This document shows, piece after piece, positions 1-10,442 of a stretch of DNA of 64,000 nt; positions within the stretch are counted from its first letter, which is position 1; every line of letters starts with the position of its first letter. The stretch covers positions 416,001 through 480,000 of the forward strand of contig CAWJCS010000005.1 of NCBI GenBank assembly GCA_963841435.1. Reading direction: 5' to 3'. A program made the translations under genes and the position numbers. Under the pieces are notes generated by a model. That model saw only the letters and a list, made by a program, of their open reading frames with translations. It was not told the origin of the DNA and made no database searches. Source of the DNA: an uncultured delta proteobacterium. GTDB lineage: Bacteria > Myxococcota_A > Polyangia > Polyangiales > Polyangiaceae.

Positions 1-1
1 G

Positions 2-244
2 GGCATATCCCTCACTGGCAATTCAGCCGAATGGGTCGTCGAGCGGCCCACCGTCGGTGGCCAGCTCAGTTGGCTTTCGCGCTACGGAACCCAGACGTTC
101 ACCAATGCCTACGCCTACACGTCAACGGGCGTCCTCGCAGGAACCAGTGCCGACCCGGTGACGATGAAAGCGGGGAGCCGTGTGCTCTCCCAACCGTCCA
201 TTTCGGGCAGCAATCTGAACGTAACCTGGAAAGCGTACCACTAG
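2..244 (+). CDS. C-terminal part of a G1-family (peptidase A4/eqolisin-like) glutamic endopeptidase, 5'-truncated by the window edge
   Basis: Frame +2 (not in the ORF track) reads GISLTGNSAEWVVERPTVGGQLSWLSRYGTQTFTNAYA...LNVTWKAYH*; SAEWxVERP is the G1 catalytic-Glu motif. Confidence 0.75.
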   Translation, partial: GISLTGNSAEWVVERPTVGGQLSWLSRYGTQTFTNAYAYTSTGVLAGTSADPVTMKAGSRVLSQPSISGSNLNVTWKAYH

Positions 245-370
245 ATCGACGCCGCTATCTCGGCCGCCCCCCTGCACCCGGTAGGCGTGCAGCAGACAAT
301 GCTTCACCGGCAGAGCGTCGAAGAGCAGATGGGCTACGGGTACCTCGACACGGAAGCGCCCTGAGCGAGC

Positions 371-625
371 TCAGCTGGACGACCGACGAGTGAGCGCGTG
401 ATAGCCGATCAATAGAACGACGGCGCCCAACAGGGACATCAAGAAGCCGGCCGACCTTCCGTCGCCGTAGAACCCGAGCCCTCGCCCGAGGAAGCCACCG
501 ACGAAGGAACCGGCGACGCCGATGACGAGCGACGTCAGCCAGCCGCCCGACTCGCGTCCCGGCACGAGGAATCGAGCGATGGCGCCCACGACCAGACCGA
601 AAAGCAGAAAATAGAGGAAATGCAT
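371..625 (-). CDS. GlsB/YeaQ/YmgE family (transglycosylase-associated) small membrane protein
   Basis: 84 aa [44 protein letters not shown]...; three hydrophobic helices and the family pattern. Confidence 0.9.
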   Translation of the reverse strand: MHFLYFLLFGLVVGAIARFLVPGRESGGWLTSLVIGVAGSFVGGFLGRGLGFYGDGRSAGFLMSLLGAVVLLIGYHALTRRSSS

Positions 626-924
626 GTGATGGTCCTGGGCGCCCTGGTCGGCGCGTCGCGGTTCGTCGGGTGTCGCCCAGTCGGCGACGCAACGACTCTT
701 GAATGCGTTTGGAGCGTGCGACGAAGAAACACGCCTTCGCCCCAAGGCGCACGCGCACCCGCGCCGCACGGCGTGGTAAACACAACCTGCGCACGACGCG
801 GCTCTTCCGCAAGGCCCAATTGAGAGCGCGCGCGACCGCGGGGTGCCCCTCCCCTGTTTTGGGCGTCTGGGCTCGCCGCGCACCCTCGCCGAACGGAGCG
901 AACTCGCGGCGAGCCCCGCTCCGT

Positions 925-3900
925 TCAGGGCGATGCGGAGGGACTCGAGAGCAACAGCGGCGCTACGGCGAGCGCTTCGCGACGGAGCGCGATTCGCTTG
1001 GCTTGGTAAAAGAGCACGGGGTAGACGAGGAGCTCCATGACGAAGCTGGTCGCGAGACCACCGATCATGGGCGCGGCCAGGCGGCGCATGGTGTCGGCGC
1101 CGGCGCCCGTTCCCCAGAGTAGCGGGACGAGGCCGACGAACACCACCATCACGGTCATCATCTTGGGTCGAATGCGCTGAACCGCGCCGTCATGAATGGC
1201 GTGCCAGAGATCGCGCTCGTCGCGCATGCGTCCCTCGCGCTGGAAACGTGCGAAGCTTTGATCGAGATAGAGCAGCATGACGAGTCCCGTCTCCGCGTCG
1301 AGGCCCGCCAGGGCGATCACGCCCACCCAGACCGCCAGCGATAGATTGTAGCCAAGCAAGTAGAGGAGCCACGAGGCGCCGATCAGGCTGAAGGGGACCG
1401 CGAGCAGCACGATGCCCGACCCGCAGCCAGCTCCTGGTCGCCATGTAGAGCAGCACCAGAATGCTGACGGCGGCCAGCGGCACGGCAATCAGCAAACGCT
1501 TGCGCGCAGCTTCCATGTACTCGTATTGCCCGGACCAAACGATGGTGTACCCAGGAGGCAAGCGTCACCTTGGCCTGCAATCGCGCGCTGCGCGTTGGCG
1601 ACATAGGTGCCGACGTCGATCCCCGCGATGTCCACGTAGACCCAGCTCGTGGGGACCGCGTTCTCGCTCTTGACCATCGGCGGGCCCTTGTGGATCTCGA
1701 GGCTGGCGAGCTGGGCGAGCGGGATCTGCGCCCCGCTGGGAGTAGGGACCAGGGTCTGGCGGAGCGCGGCCAGGTTGTCGCGCAGCTCGTGCGGATAGCG
1801 GACGTTGATGGGATAGCGCTGCAACGCTTCGACCGTCTCGCTGATGTTCATGCCGCCCGTGGCGCTCATGATCACGTCCTGGACATCCCCGACGCTGAGC
1901 CCGTAGCGGGCGATCTCGTCGCGATCGATGTGGATGTCGAGGTAGTTACCGCCCACGCTCTTCTCCGGGAACGCGCTCACCGTGTACGGGCCCGTCCCGT
2001 TCGCCGTGCGCACGACCTGGGAGATGCGCTCGGCGAGCTCTGACAAGCGTCGCGAGAGTCGGGGCCGAGCACCTTGATGCCCACCGGCGTCTTGATGCCG
2101 GTCGAGAGCATGTCGATGCGCGTCTTGATGGGCATGGTCCAGGCGTTGGTCAGCCCGGGGATCTGCATGACCTCGTTCAGCCCCGGGACGTGCACGCCGC
2201 CCGGCAGGTTGTAGCCGTAGATCAGCTCGCTGACCGTGATGGGGCGCAGTATCTGGCCAGATCCGCCGGAACGGTGTCTGCAGTCCAGTCGGGCCAGACA
2301 GTCGTAGAAGCGCGACTCTGGCACCTGGCGCCACCGCGATCTTGTCCCGACGCAAACGAATCGTCGTCTCGAGCATGCTGGGCGGCGCCGGATCGGTCGC
2401 CGTTTCCGCGCGGCCCGCTTTGCCGAAGACGGTCTCGACCTCGGGGAATTGCTTGATGAGCGCGTCGGTCTGCTGCAAGAGCTCGCGAGCCTTGTCCACG
2501 CTGATGCCGGGATCGGTGGTCGGCATGTACAAGCAGGTCGCCTTCTTCCAGCGGCGGCATGAACTCGCTGCCCAGCTGACTGAACGGCCAAGCGGTCGAC
2601 GCGAGCAAGAGCACCATACTCGCCATCACGAGCAGCGGGTGCGCCATGGCGAACGAGAAGGCCGGACTGTAAGCTCGCTGCAAGAAGCGGCTCAGCGGGT
2701 GCTTCTCCTCGGCGTGAATGCGCTGGGGCAAGAGCACGATGGCGGAGAGGACCACCCAGCCGAGCACCAGCGCCACTCGGTAGGCCGACAAGTGAGGCAG
2801 CGGTATCAGCGCGAGCAGCAACGCAGGAGCGAAAATCCCGCCCACGTAAGCCAAGAGGCGACGCCGCGGGGAGACGCTCTCGGGGATCGTGCGCTCCGAG
2901 ACGAGATACACCATCAAGACCGGGATGATCGTCACGGCCAGCAGCGCGCCGAAGCCCACGGCGAAAGTCTTGGTGAAGGCAAGCGGCTTGAACAGCCGTC
3001 CCGACTGCTCGCCGAGCACGAAGATCGGCAGGAAAGAGACGGTGATGATGAGCAGGCTGAAGAACAGCGTGGGGCCGATCTCGGCAGCCGCCTCGGCGAT
3101 GACGTCGATGCGTGGCCGAGGTCGTCCGCCTTCCGCGACCCGCTGCGTGCTCGCGGTCGAGGTGCTTGTGCGCGTTCTCCACCATGATGATCGAGCTGTC
3201 CACCATCACGCCGATCGCGATCGCGATGCCGCCGAGGCTCATGATGTTGGCGTTGATGCCCAAGCAGCGTTCATGACCACCAGGCTGCCCAGCACGCCGA
3301 TCGGCAACACCAACACGGCGACGAGTGCGCTGCGGGCGTGCAGCAGGAACAGCAGGATGACCAGCGAGACGACGGCCATCTCCTCGATCAAGCGTGTGGG
3401 TGAGCGTGCTGACGGCCCGTTCGATCAGGTCGGAGCGATCGTACGCCACTTTCGATCGCCACACCGGGCGGGAGGCCCCGCTCCAGATCGCCGAGCTTTG
3501 CCCGCACGTTCTCGATCGTTTGCGCGCGCGTTCTCGCCGAAGCGCATGACGATGATGCCGCCCACCGTCTCCCCCTCGCCGTTCCAGTCGGCGACGCCGC
3601 GGCGGATATCCGGCCCGACGCGGACTTCGGCCACGTCGCTCAGGTAGATCGGCTTGCCCTCGGCGTTTGCGCCCAGAGAGACTTGCGCGAGCTCGCTCTA
3701 GCGCCTTTGCGCTGCGCGCCTCTTCGATGGTCTGACCCGCGCGCCGCGCCTCCGCGAGCTCCCGCGTCCGTGAGGCTGCCGAGGTAGCCCACGCCGCGCA
3801 CCATGTACTCGGTCTCGCTCATCTCGAGCAGGCGCCCGCCCACGTCGACGTTGGAGCGCTGGATCGCCAGCTTGATCTTGCTGAGCGGAATGTTCAGACC

Positions 3901-4764
3901 GAGCAGCTTCACCGGGTCGACCACGACCTGGTACTGCTTGACGAACCCACCGATGGGAGCGACCTCGCTCACCCCATCCACTGCCGTGAGCGCGTAACGC
4001 AGGTACCAGTCCTGCTGGCTGCGCAGGTCGGCGAGGTTCTGCTTGCTGTCCAGGAGCGGCTGCCCGTCGAGCGGGCATTTGTCGTAAGAATGCCCGATTT
4101 CCTCGGCCTCGAGCCGCGAGCGCACCTCGAGCGGGGCATCTTGTGGTGAGTAGTAGCGCTTGTTCTCTAGCGGGTCGCGGTACAGGTAACGCGCCGTTTC
4201 GAAGACGCGGTGATGCACGAGCCTGGGCTGCGCTTCCTCGGGGGCCGCGTCGGGTGAGGCGTACCAGCGATTTGTCCTGCGGGTCGTGCCACGCGCCGTC
4301 CGGATGGGACGCGCAGTACTTGCCGGTGACCAATGCATACTCGTAGACCCAGCCCACGCCCGTCGCGTCGGGACCGAGCTGCTGGGGCTGGCGCCCCGCG
4401 GCAGCTGGCCGGCGACGGCGCTGAGCTGCTCGAGCACGCGGCTCCGCGCCCAGTACAGATCGGTGCCGTCCTCGAAGATGATGTAGACGAAGCTCGTCCC
4501 GAACATGCTGTAGCCGCGCACCACCTTCGCGTAGGGCACCGCGAGCATGGCGGTCGTCAGCGGGTAGGTGACCTGGTCCTCGACGATCTGCGGCGCCTGC
4601 CCCGGGTACTCGGTGCGGATGACCACCTGCACGTCGGAAAGATCCGGGATGGCGTCCACGGTCAGGCGGTAGGTGCTCCAGACGCCCCCCGCGACGAGCA
4701 GCGACGTGAGCAGGATCACCAGTGCTCGATTGTGCGCGCACCAGCGGATGAGCCGGGCGATCAT
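925..4764 (-). CDS. cusA: CusA/CzcA family heavy-metal RND efflux permease, interrupted by many frameshifts (sequencing error or pseudogene)
   Basis: Consecutive fragments in different frames: [102 protein letters not shown] overlap with cusB stop. Confidence 0.9.
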
Positions 4765-6686
4765 GGAGCGACCTGGAGCGGCCGTTGCCAATCCGAGCAA
4801 GTGGACATCGCCGTGCCGAAGTAGGGGTTCTTCACCACACCCGCCGGCTGGATCCAGACCGAGCCTTCCTTGCTATCGGCTGGGTACATCGGGCAATGCG
4901 CATCCTCGAGCTTCCGCGCGTAGGATTTGGGGATGCCCGTCAGGTGGACGAGCGAGGAGAGTGCGCTGCTCAGCTTCGCGAAGGCCGTTCTTGCCTCGGC
5001 CAGGGTGGGCGCCGCTGCCAGCGCTCGCCCGGCGTCTTTGACCTCGCTTGCCTGGGCGTGCTGGTGCCAGTAGTGCGGCTGATCGGTAGGCGGCATAGCC
5101 ACGAGCGCGTCGACGGCCTCCGTGAGCTTGCGTGCGGACACGCCGATGTCGGTCGTGGTGTCGCTCGCCAGCGCCTGACCGGCTGCGAGGTACGCGTCGA
5201 GGGCCACTCCGAGGGCGGTGTTCGCGGCATCCGGCAGGGTCAGCGCTGCGCCCTCGGCGGCGGGAGGCGTGGGCGCCGCCGCCTCGCCGACCGGCGCGCC
5301 CTTCATCATCTTGGCGAGGGCCTCGCGCATTCTGGCCTCGCTGTCGATCAGGAATTGGCCGCTGACGACCACCAGCTCTCCTGGCGCGAGCCCGTCCAGG
5401 ATCTCGACCTTGCCGTTCTCCGCCTCGGCACCCATGTGGACCAGCCGCGGCTCGAACCGGCCCTGCCCGCGCGCCACGAACGCGACTTGCCGCTCGCCCG
5501 TGTCGATGACCGCCGAACGCGGAGCGAGAGCGCGCTGCTCGGTGGCGGTGCCCTGGAACGTCACCGTTGCATACATGCCCGGCTTGAGCTTCAGGTCGGG
5601 ATTGGGAAACTCGAGGCGCACCTTGAGCTGGCGCGTGCGCTCGTCGAGAAACGGATACACGTAGATGACCGTGCCCTCGAGGGTCTGCCCTGGAAGGTAG
5701 GTGAGCGCCATCGTGGCCTTCTGCCCGACCTGGATCTGCCGGCTCTGGTACTCGTAAAGCGTCGCCATCACCCAAACGCGCGAGAGATCCGCGATGCGAT
5801 ACGCCGTCATGCCCGGCGAGACCTTCATCCCTTCCACCGCGTTCTTCTCGATGACCACGCCGCTTTGCGGGCTACTGATGGTGAGGTTCTTGAACGGTTT
5901 GCCGCGGGCCTCGAGCGCCGCGATCTGCTGGGGCCCGATGTCGAAAAGAGCCAACTTCGTGCGTGCCGGCTCGAGTAGCTCGTTCACGAGTGCGCTCGCG
6001 GCCCCGGCAGCCCCGCGCTGCGACGCTCGATACGCGAGCAAGTACTCGCCTTCCGCGGCGTAAAGCTCGGGCGAATAGAGCTCGAACAGGGGCTGCCCCC
6101 GCTTCACCGGAGCGCCCAGGTAGTCCACATGGAGCTTTTCGATCCAGCCCGAGACTTTCAGATTGACGTCGCCGAGTAGCGTCTCGTCATAGGTCACCGT
6201 GCCCACCGTGCGCATCGAACCAGTCTCGGACCCCGCGCTCACCTTCTCCACCCGCACCCCGATGTTCTGGGACACGACCGGATCGATCGTGACCTCGCCG
6301 GAGAACTTGGCTGGATCGAGGGGCACGAGCTTCATCCCGCAGATCGGGCAATCACCCGGCTTTGGCATGATCACCCAAGGGTGCATGCCGCACGTGAAGT
6401 ACTGCGTGGCACTCGAGCCTGGTTCGCCCGCATCCTTCGAACCCCGGAGCGCCGACCAAGCCTTGTGCCAACCGGCGCCCAGCGGCGGGCCGAGCAGCGC
6501 GCCAACGTAGAGCGTCAGCGCCAGGCCGGCGAGTATCACGACCAAGCGTTTCGTGCCCATCGAGTGAGGGATCGGCTGGCTCGGCTGCGGCTCGCTCGCG
6601 GCTGGCTCCTTCGGAGTCGTATCGCTCGGGCTCCCTTGGGCCGCGGGAGCCTGCGAGGTGCTCGGGTCGTCGGGCGTGTCACTCAT
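4761..6686 (-). CDS. cusB: CusB-like RND periplasmic adaptor with heavy-metal-binding domain and C-terminal DUF3347-like domain
   Basis: YFTCGMHP..PGDCPICGMKL; GWIEKL..G..VKRGQPLFELYSPEL; LKPGMY; C-terminal AHCPMY..WIQ..VKNPYFG..MSTC; start MSDTPDD at 6686. Confidence 0.9.
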   Translation of the reverse strand: MSDTPDDPSTSQAPAAQGSPSDTTPKEPAASEPQPSQPIPHSMGTKRLVVILAGLALTLYVGALLGPPLGAGWHKAWSALRGSKDAGEPGSSATQYFTCGMHPWVIMPKPGDCPICGMKLVPLDPAKFSGEVTIDPVVSQNIGVRVEKVSAGSETGSMRTVGTVTYDETLLGDVNLKVSGWIEKLHVDYLGAPVKRGQPLFELYSPELYAAEGEYLLAYRASQRGAAGAASALVNELLEPARTKLALFDIGPQQIAALEARGKPFKNLTISSPQSGVVIEKNAVEGMKVSPGMTAYRIADLSRVWVMATLYEYQSRQIQVGQKATMALTYLPGQTLEGTVIYVYPFLDERTRQLKVRLEFPNPDLKLKPGMYATVTFQGTATEQRALAPRSAVIDTGERQVAFVARGQGRFEPRLVHMGAEAENGKVEILDGLAPGELVVVSGQFLIDSEARMREALAKMMKGAPVGEAAAPTPPAAEGAALTLPDAANTALGVALDAYLAAGQALASDTTTDIGVSARKLTEAVDALVAMPPTDQPHYWHQHAQASEVKDAGRALAAAPTLAEARTAFAKLSSALSSLVHLTGIPKSYARKLEDAHCPMYPADSKEGSVWIQPAGVVKNPYFGTAMSTCSDWQRPLQVAP

Positions 6687-8044
6687 CACTCGACTCCTCC
6701 ACCCACCAGCGCTTCGGCATCCACCTGTGCGTCCGCGGCGCGTGCCTCGGCCATGAGGGTCGTGCGTTCGAAGTTCAAGAGCTGAAGCTCCGCCTGGAAC
6801 AGGGCGGCGAAGTCGGCGCGACTCACCTGGTAGGAGGAGAAGGTCGCTTCCAAGGCCAGGCGCGCTTCCGGTGTCAGCTCCTGACGATAGGTGCGCGCCT
6901 GCTGTGCGGCTCGCGTCCACGCCGCGACGACCCGGCCGAGGTTGCCGCGGATGCTGTCGAGATCGGCGGCGCGCGTCAGAACGGCGGACTCTGCGAGCTT
7001 TTCGTTGCGCCGCTGTTCGCTGCCCGAGCGTTGGTCGTAAAAGAGTGGAATGGGCAGCGACACGCCGAGTGAAAAAAAGTCCGTGCCCATGTCCGTCCCG
7101 GCCTCGGTTCGCACACGGTATCCCGCCCAGAGTGTGATGTCCGGGTAACCGTCGCGCTCCGCCCGGCGCGCCGCGGCGCGGTACGTCTCGGCTTCCACCA
7201 CGGAGCGCTGAAGCAGTGGGCGCCCGCGTGCGGCTCGCCCGGCGAGCGCTCCGGCATCCGCGACCGGAGCCTTGACGACGGTCTGTTCGGGCGTTGGCAC
7301 GGGCACGTTTGCCCTGCGGTGCAACGTTGCGTTGATGACCGCCGTCAAGGCTTGCTCGTCCTCGTCGAAGCTCTCGAGGTCGTCCTGGAGCTGATCCACG
7401 AGCACGCGGAGCCGAAGCAGCTCGTGTTGCGCGGCAACGCCGGCCTCGTTCTTGACCCGAACCACGTCGAGAAAATCGCTCGCGAGCTGCGCGTGCCGCT
7501 GGGTCACGGCCCGAAGCTGACGGGTCAACGCCAAACGGTAGTAGGCATGCCTCACGGCCGCTCGCAGCTCGAGCTTCTGCTCGGCGAGTGTCAGTTGCTC
7601 CTGCCGCACGCGGCTGCGCGCCTCGACCTCGCGAGCGTCGATCTTGCCGGGCCACGGGAACGTTTGCCTGAGCGTCAATTGGATCCCGCTCATGGGGTGT
7701 TTGCCGGGGACCGGAGCGTTGATGGGCATGTTGCTGTATTCAGCGGAAAAAGTCGGATCCATCCAGGCCCCGGCCTGGCTGACCTGTTCCTCTAGTGCCT
7801 GAATGCGGTCCCGGGTGGCGCCGACGGCCGGGTTCGCTTGAACTGCCAAGTCACCGAGCGCCTTCGAAATGTCCGCGGCGCCCTTCGAGGGCGGTGGGAC
7901 GTCCGTCGGGGCGCCGCTGCCTGGTTCGGCGGAGGCGTCGGCAGCAACGCCCCGCGTCGCCAGAAGGCATAGAGCCAGGGCGACGCCGATGCTGGTGAAG
8001 GAGTGTCCTTTGTGCTGCGGCTTGATCGTCATCCGTAGTCCCAT
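6686..8044 (-). CDS. TolC/CusC-type outer membrane efflux protein
   Basis: Signal peptide, QTFPWPGK and GVSLPIPLF beta motifs, helical repeats; TGATG coupling to cusB; start may be 8032. Confidence 0.85.
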   Translation of the reverse strand: MGLRMTIKPQHKGHSFTSIGVALALCLLATRGVAADASAEPGSGAPTDVPPPSKGAADISKALGDLAVQANPAVGATRDRIQALEEQVSQAGAWMDPTFSAEYSNMPINAPVPGKHPMSGIQLTLRQTFPWPGKIDAREVEARSRVRQEQLTLAEQKLELRAAVRHAYYRLALTRQLRAVTQRHAQLASDFLDVVRVKNEAGVAAQHELLRLRVLVDQLQDDLESFDEDEQALTAVINATLHRRANVPVPTPEQTVVKAPVADAGALAGRAARGRPLLQRSVVEAETYRAAARRAERDGYPDITLWAGYRVRTEAGTDMGTDFFSLGVSLPIPLFYDQRSGSEQRRNEKLAESAVLTRAADLDSIRGNLGRVVAAWTRAAQQARTYRQELTPEARLALEATFSSYQVSRADFAALFQAELQLLNFERTTLMAEARAADAQVDAEALVGGGVE

Positions 8045-8099
8045 GGCGAGTCCAGCTTCAATACTGCGAAACGGTGCCACGAGACATAGAGATGCGCGA

Positions 8100-8483
8100 C
8101 TACTGCCCGACGACGACGGAGCCGCGCAGCATGTCCATGCCGCAGGCGAACGTCAGCGCTGGACTCTTGGCCGTGACGGTCACCTCGACGTCTTCGTTGA
8201 GCGGAAGGTCCTTGCGGATGCCGAGGTCCTTGAACACCACCTGCTTGGCGCAAGTCGCATCGGTCACGCGGCGAAACACGAGCGTCACGTTCTGGCCGGC
8301 CGCGGCGGTGACCTTCTCCGGATGGAAGCCGCTCCCATCGACCGTGACGGCTTGCCGCAAAGCCTTCTCAGCTGCGGGCTCGGCCTTGGCTTCGGAGGAC
8401 GCCTCCTGCGCCTTCTGCTCACAAGCACCAAGCAGCAGCGGGAGCGCGACGACGGCAGCCAACAGCTTGGAAAATGCTTTCAT
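8100..8483 (-). CDS. Cupredoxin-domain lipoprotein
   Basis: Lipobox LLLGAC; VTVDGSGFHP, TC..QVVF, FACGMDMLRG C-terminal motif. Confidence 0.85.
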   Translation of the reverse strand: MKAFSKLLAAVVALPLLLGACEQKAQEASSEAKAEPAAEKALRQAVTVDGSGFHPEKVTAAAGQNVTLVFRRVTDATCAKQVVFKDLGIRKDLPLNEDVEVTVTAKSPALTFACGMDMLRGSVVVGQ

Positions 8484-8543
8484 CGTTCTGAATCTCGCTC
8501 GACTAGGGTTCACGGTGACGCATGGTGTCAGCCGCACGATAGC

Positions 8544-8560
8544 AGCAACAGCCGTGCCAA
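8544..8560 (-). promoter_or_regulatory. sigma54 -24/-12 promoter for the cupredoxin-tolC-cusBA operon
   Basis: Minus strand TTGGCACGGCTGTTGCT is a perfect TGGCACG-N4-TTGC match, 60 bp upstream of the first ATG. Confidence 0.8.
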
Positions 8561-8774
8561 CGGACCTTGCAGGCCAGGCTCCGTACGCGGTCCGCATGCA
8601 ACCTAGGGTGGCACCACAACGGCCGTGAGCCCCGCCGTACGCAACTCCTTCGCGCAAGAGATTGCCTTGCGCACGGGATGCGGCGGCAGAAGCGCCCGGG
8701 GGCCTCGGCGGTGACCCGAAGCTCGAAGCAGCGGCTGTCTGCGGACGGGGACCGTGGTAGCGAAGCCACCCCCC

Positions 8775-10442
8775 ATGCTCGCTGAGAGAACGTCTCCGAG
8801 CCTCGAGAGCAGCGAGGAAGCACGCGCCTTCCTTCAGACCAGGGTCGCGCTGTTCTGGAGGGTCCTTGCCGTCATCATGCTGTTTGCGAGCGTGCTGGGC
8901 GCGGTCGGTGCGCTCAAGCGCCCCGGCGCGGACCTGGTCCTCGACATCGTTCTCGCGGCGGAGGCCGGCGCTTTTTGGTGGCTGTGCCGGAACGGACGAC
9001 GCTCCGTTCGGTTCTCGCGAACGGTAGAGGCCGCGGGGCTGCTGCTCTTCTTCACCGGATCCTCCTTTTTGGGGCGCTACGTGCTGGTCGGCTTCGTCCG
9101 GGAGCGTTCCCTCTCCACGCCGGAGGGAGCTTTGATGGCGGACGCTTACCTGTCCGTTCTCGGGTTGGTCGGGACCGCGCTGATGATCCTGGTTCGCGCC
9201 GCCCTGATCCCCTCGTCACCACGTCGCACGATTCTCTACACGGCGATGGTCGGCGCTCCAGTGATCCTGACGCCGACGCTCCTCGTGCCGAGCTCGCACG
9301 GCGGGTTCGCCGTTCGCGCGCTCGATGCTGGCGCCTATCCCTGGTTCCCTGCAGCGCTCGCCATCGTGTGGAGCATCGTCGTCATCACGAGCACGGTCAT
9401 CTCGAAGGTCATCTACGGCCTTCGAGCGGAGGTGCGCGAGGCGCGCCGGCTGGGCCAGTACGTGATCGAGGAGAAGATTGGCGAGGGCGGCATGGGTGAA
9501 GTTTACCGCGCACGCCACGGGATGATCCGCCGGCCTTCGGCGCTCAAGCTCTTGCGGGCGGATCACGCTCAGGAGCGCGACCTCGTTCGCTTCGAAAGGG
9601 AGGTCCAGCTCACCGCACGCCTCACCCACCCCAGCACCATCACCATCTACGACTACGGGCGAACCGACGACGGCGTCTTTTACTACGCGATGGAGCTCCT
9701 CGACGGCGCCAATCTGCAGCGTGTCGTCGAAGTCTCGGGCCCCCAGGCGGAAGGCAGGGTGGTGCGCATCCTGACGATGGCATGCGGCGCGCTCGCCGAA
9801 GCTCATGCCATCGGCTTGATCCATCGTGACATCAAGCCGGCGAACATGATGCTGTGCACCCAGGGCGGAGAGCGAGACGTGGTGAAGCTGCTCGACTTCG
9901 GCCTGGTCAAAGAGCTCGCCGTCGACGGAGACGCCGGCGTGTCCGTCGCGAGCACCCTGATCGGCACACCGCTCTACATGGCTCCAGAAAGCATCACCCG
10001 GCCCGACTCCGTGGACGCCCGTGCCGACATTTACGCGCTCGGGGCGGTCGCCTACTACCTCTTGACGGGCACCGAGCTCTTCGACGGGCGGACGATCGTC
10101 GAGGTGTGCAGTCAACATCTCCATCAGCTGCCGGACGCCATGGCAGAGCGCGGTGTCACGGTCTCGGCGGGGCTCGAGACGATCGTGCGTGCGTGCCTCG
10201 AGAAGAAGCCCGAAGCTCGACCCGCGAGCGCCGTCGAGCTTCGCCGCCTGCTCGAAGCGTGCAAGGTCGAGCCGTGGGGCGACGACCAAGCGCAGAAGTG
10301 GTGGCTCGAGCACCAACCCGCGCTCGACCGCTACGCGGCGAGTGGCAGAAACGGCCCCCGGACCATCGCCATCGACGGACGGTCGCGCCAAATCCCCGGG
10401 CCTGCGGGGGTGATACCGACTTCCCTCGCGAAGCCAGCATGA
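8775..10442 (+). CDS. Hanks-type Ser/Thr protein kinase with an N-terminal multi-TM sensor
   Basis: IGEGGMGEVY, ALKLL, HRDIKPAN, DFG, GTPLYMAPE; about six TM segments upstream of the kinase domain. Confidence 0.95.
   Translation: MLAERTSPSLESSEEARAFLQTRVALFWRVLAVIMLFASVLGAVGALKRPGADLVLDIVLAAEAGAFWWLCRNGRRSVRFSRTVEAAGLLLFFTGSSFLGRYVLVGFVRERSLSTPEGALMADAYLSVLGLVGTALMILVRAALIPSSPRRTILYTAMVGAPVILTPTLLVPSSHGGFAVRALDAGAYPWFPAALAIVWSIVVITSTVISKVIYGLRAEVREARRLGQYVIEEKIGEGGMGEVYRARHGMIRRPSALKLLRADHAQERDLVRFEREVQLTARLTHPSTITIYDYGRTDDGVFYYAMELLDGANLQRVVEVSGPQAEGRVVRILTMACGALAEAHAIGLIHRDIKPANMMLCTQGGERDVVKLLDFGLVKELAVDGDAGVSVASTLIGTPLYMAPESITRPDSVDARADIYALGAVAYYLLTGTELFDGRTIVEVCSQHLHQLPDAMAERGVTVSAGLETIVRACLEKKPEARPASAVELRRLLEACKVEPWGDDQAQKWWLEHQPALDRYAASGRNGPRTIAIDGRSRQIPGPAGVIPTSLAKPA

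Noticed and set aside
925-4764. Programmed ribosomal frameshifting or a split multi-gene cusA
   Set aside because: Too many frame changes, no consistent slippery sites, and fragments break inside conserved motifs.
6687-7655. Long N-terminal extensions in the ORF track (cusB from 7655, ECF from 60797, FecR from 59556, substrate from 28450, nifJ from 53971)
   Set aside because: Extensions overlap upstream genes or promoters; internal starts with stop/start coupling or promoter spacing fit better.
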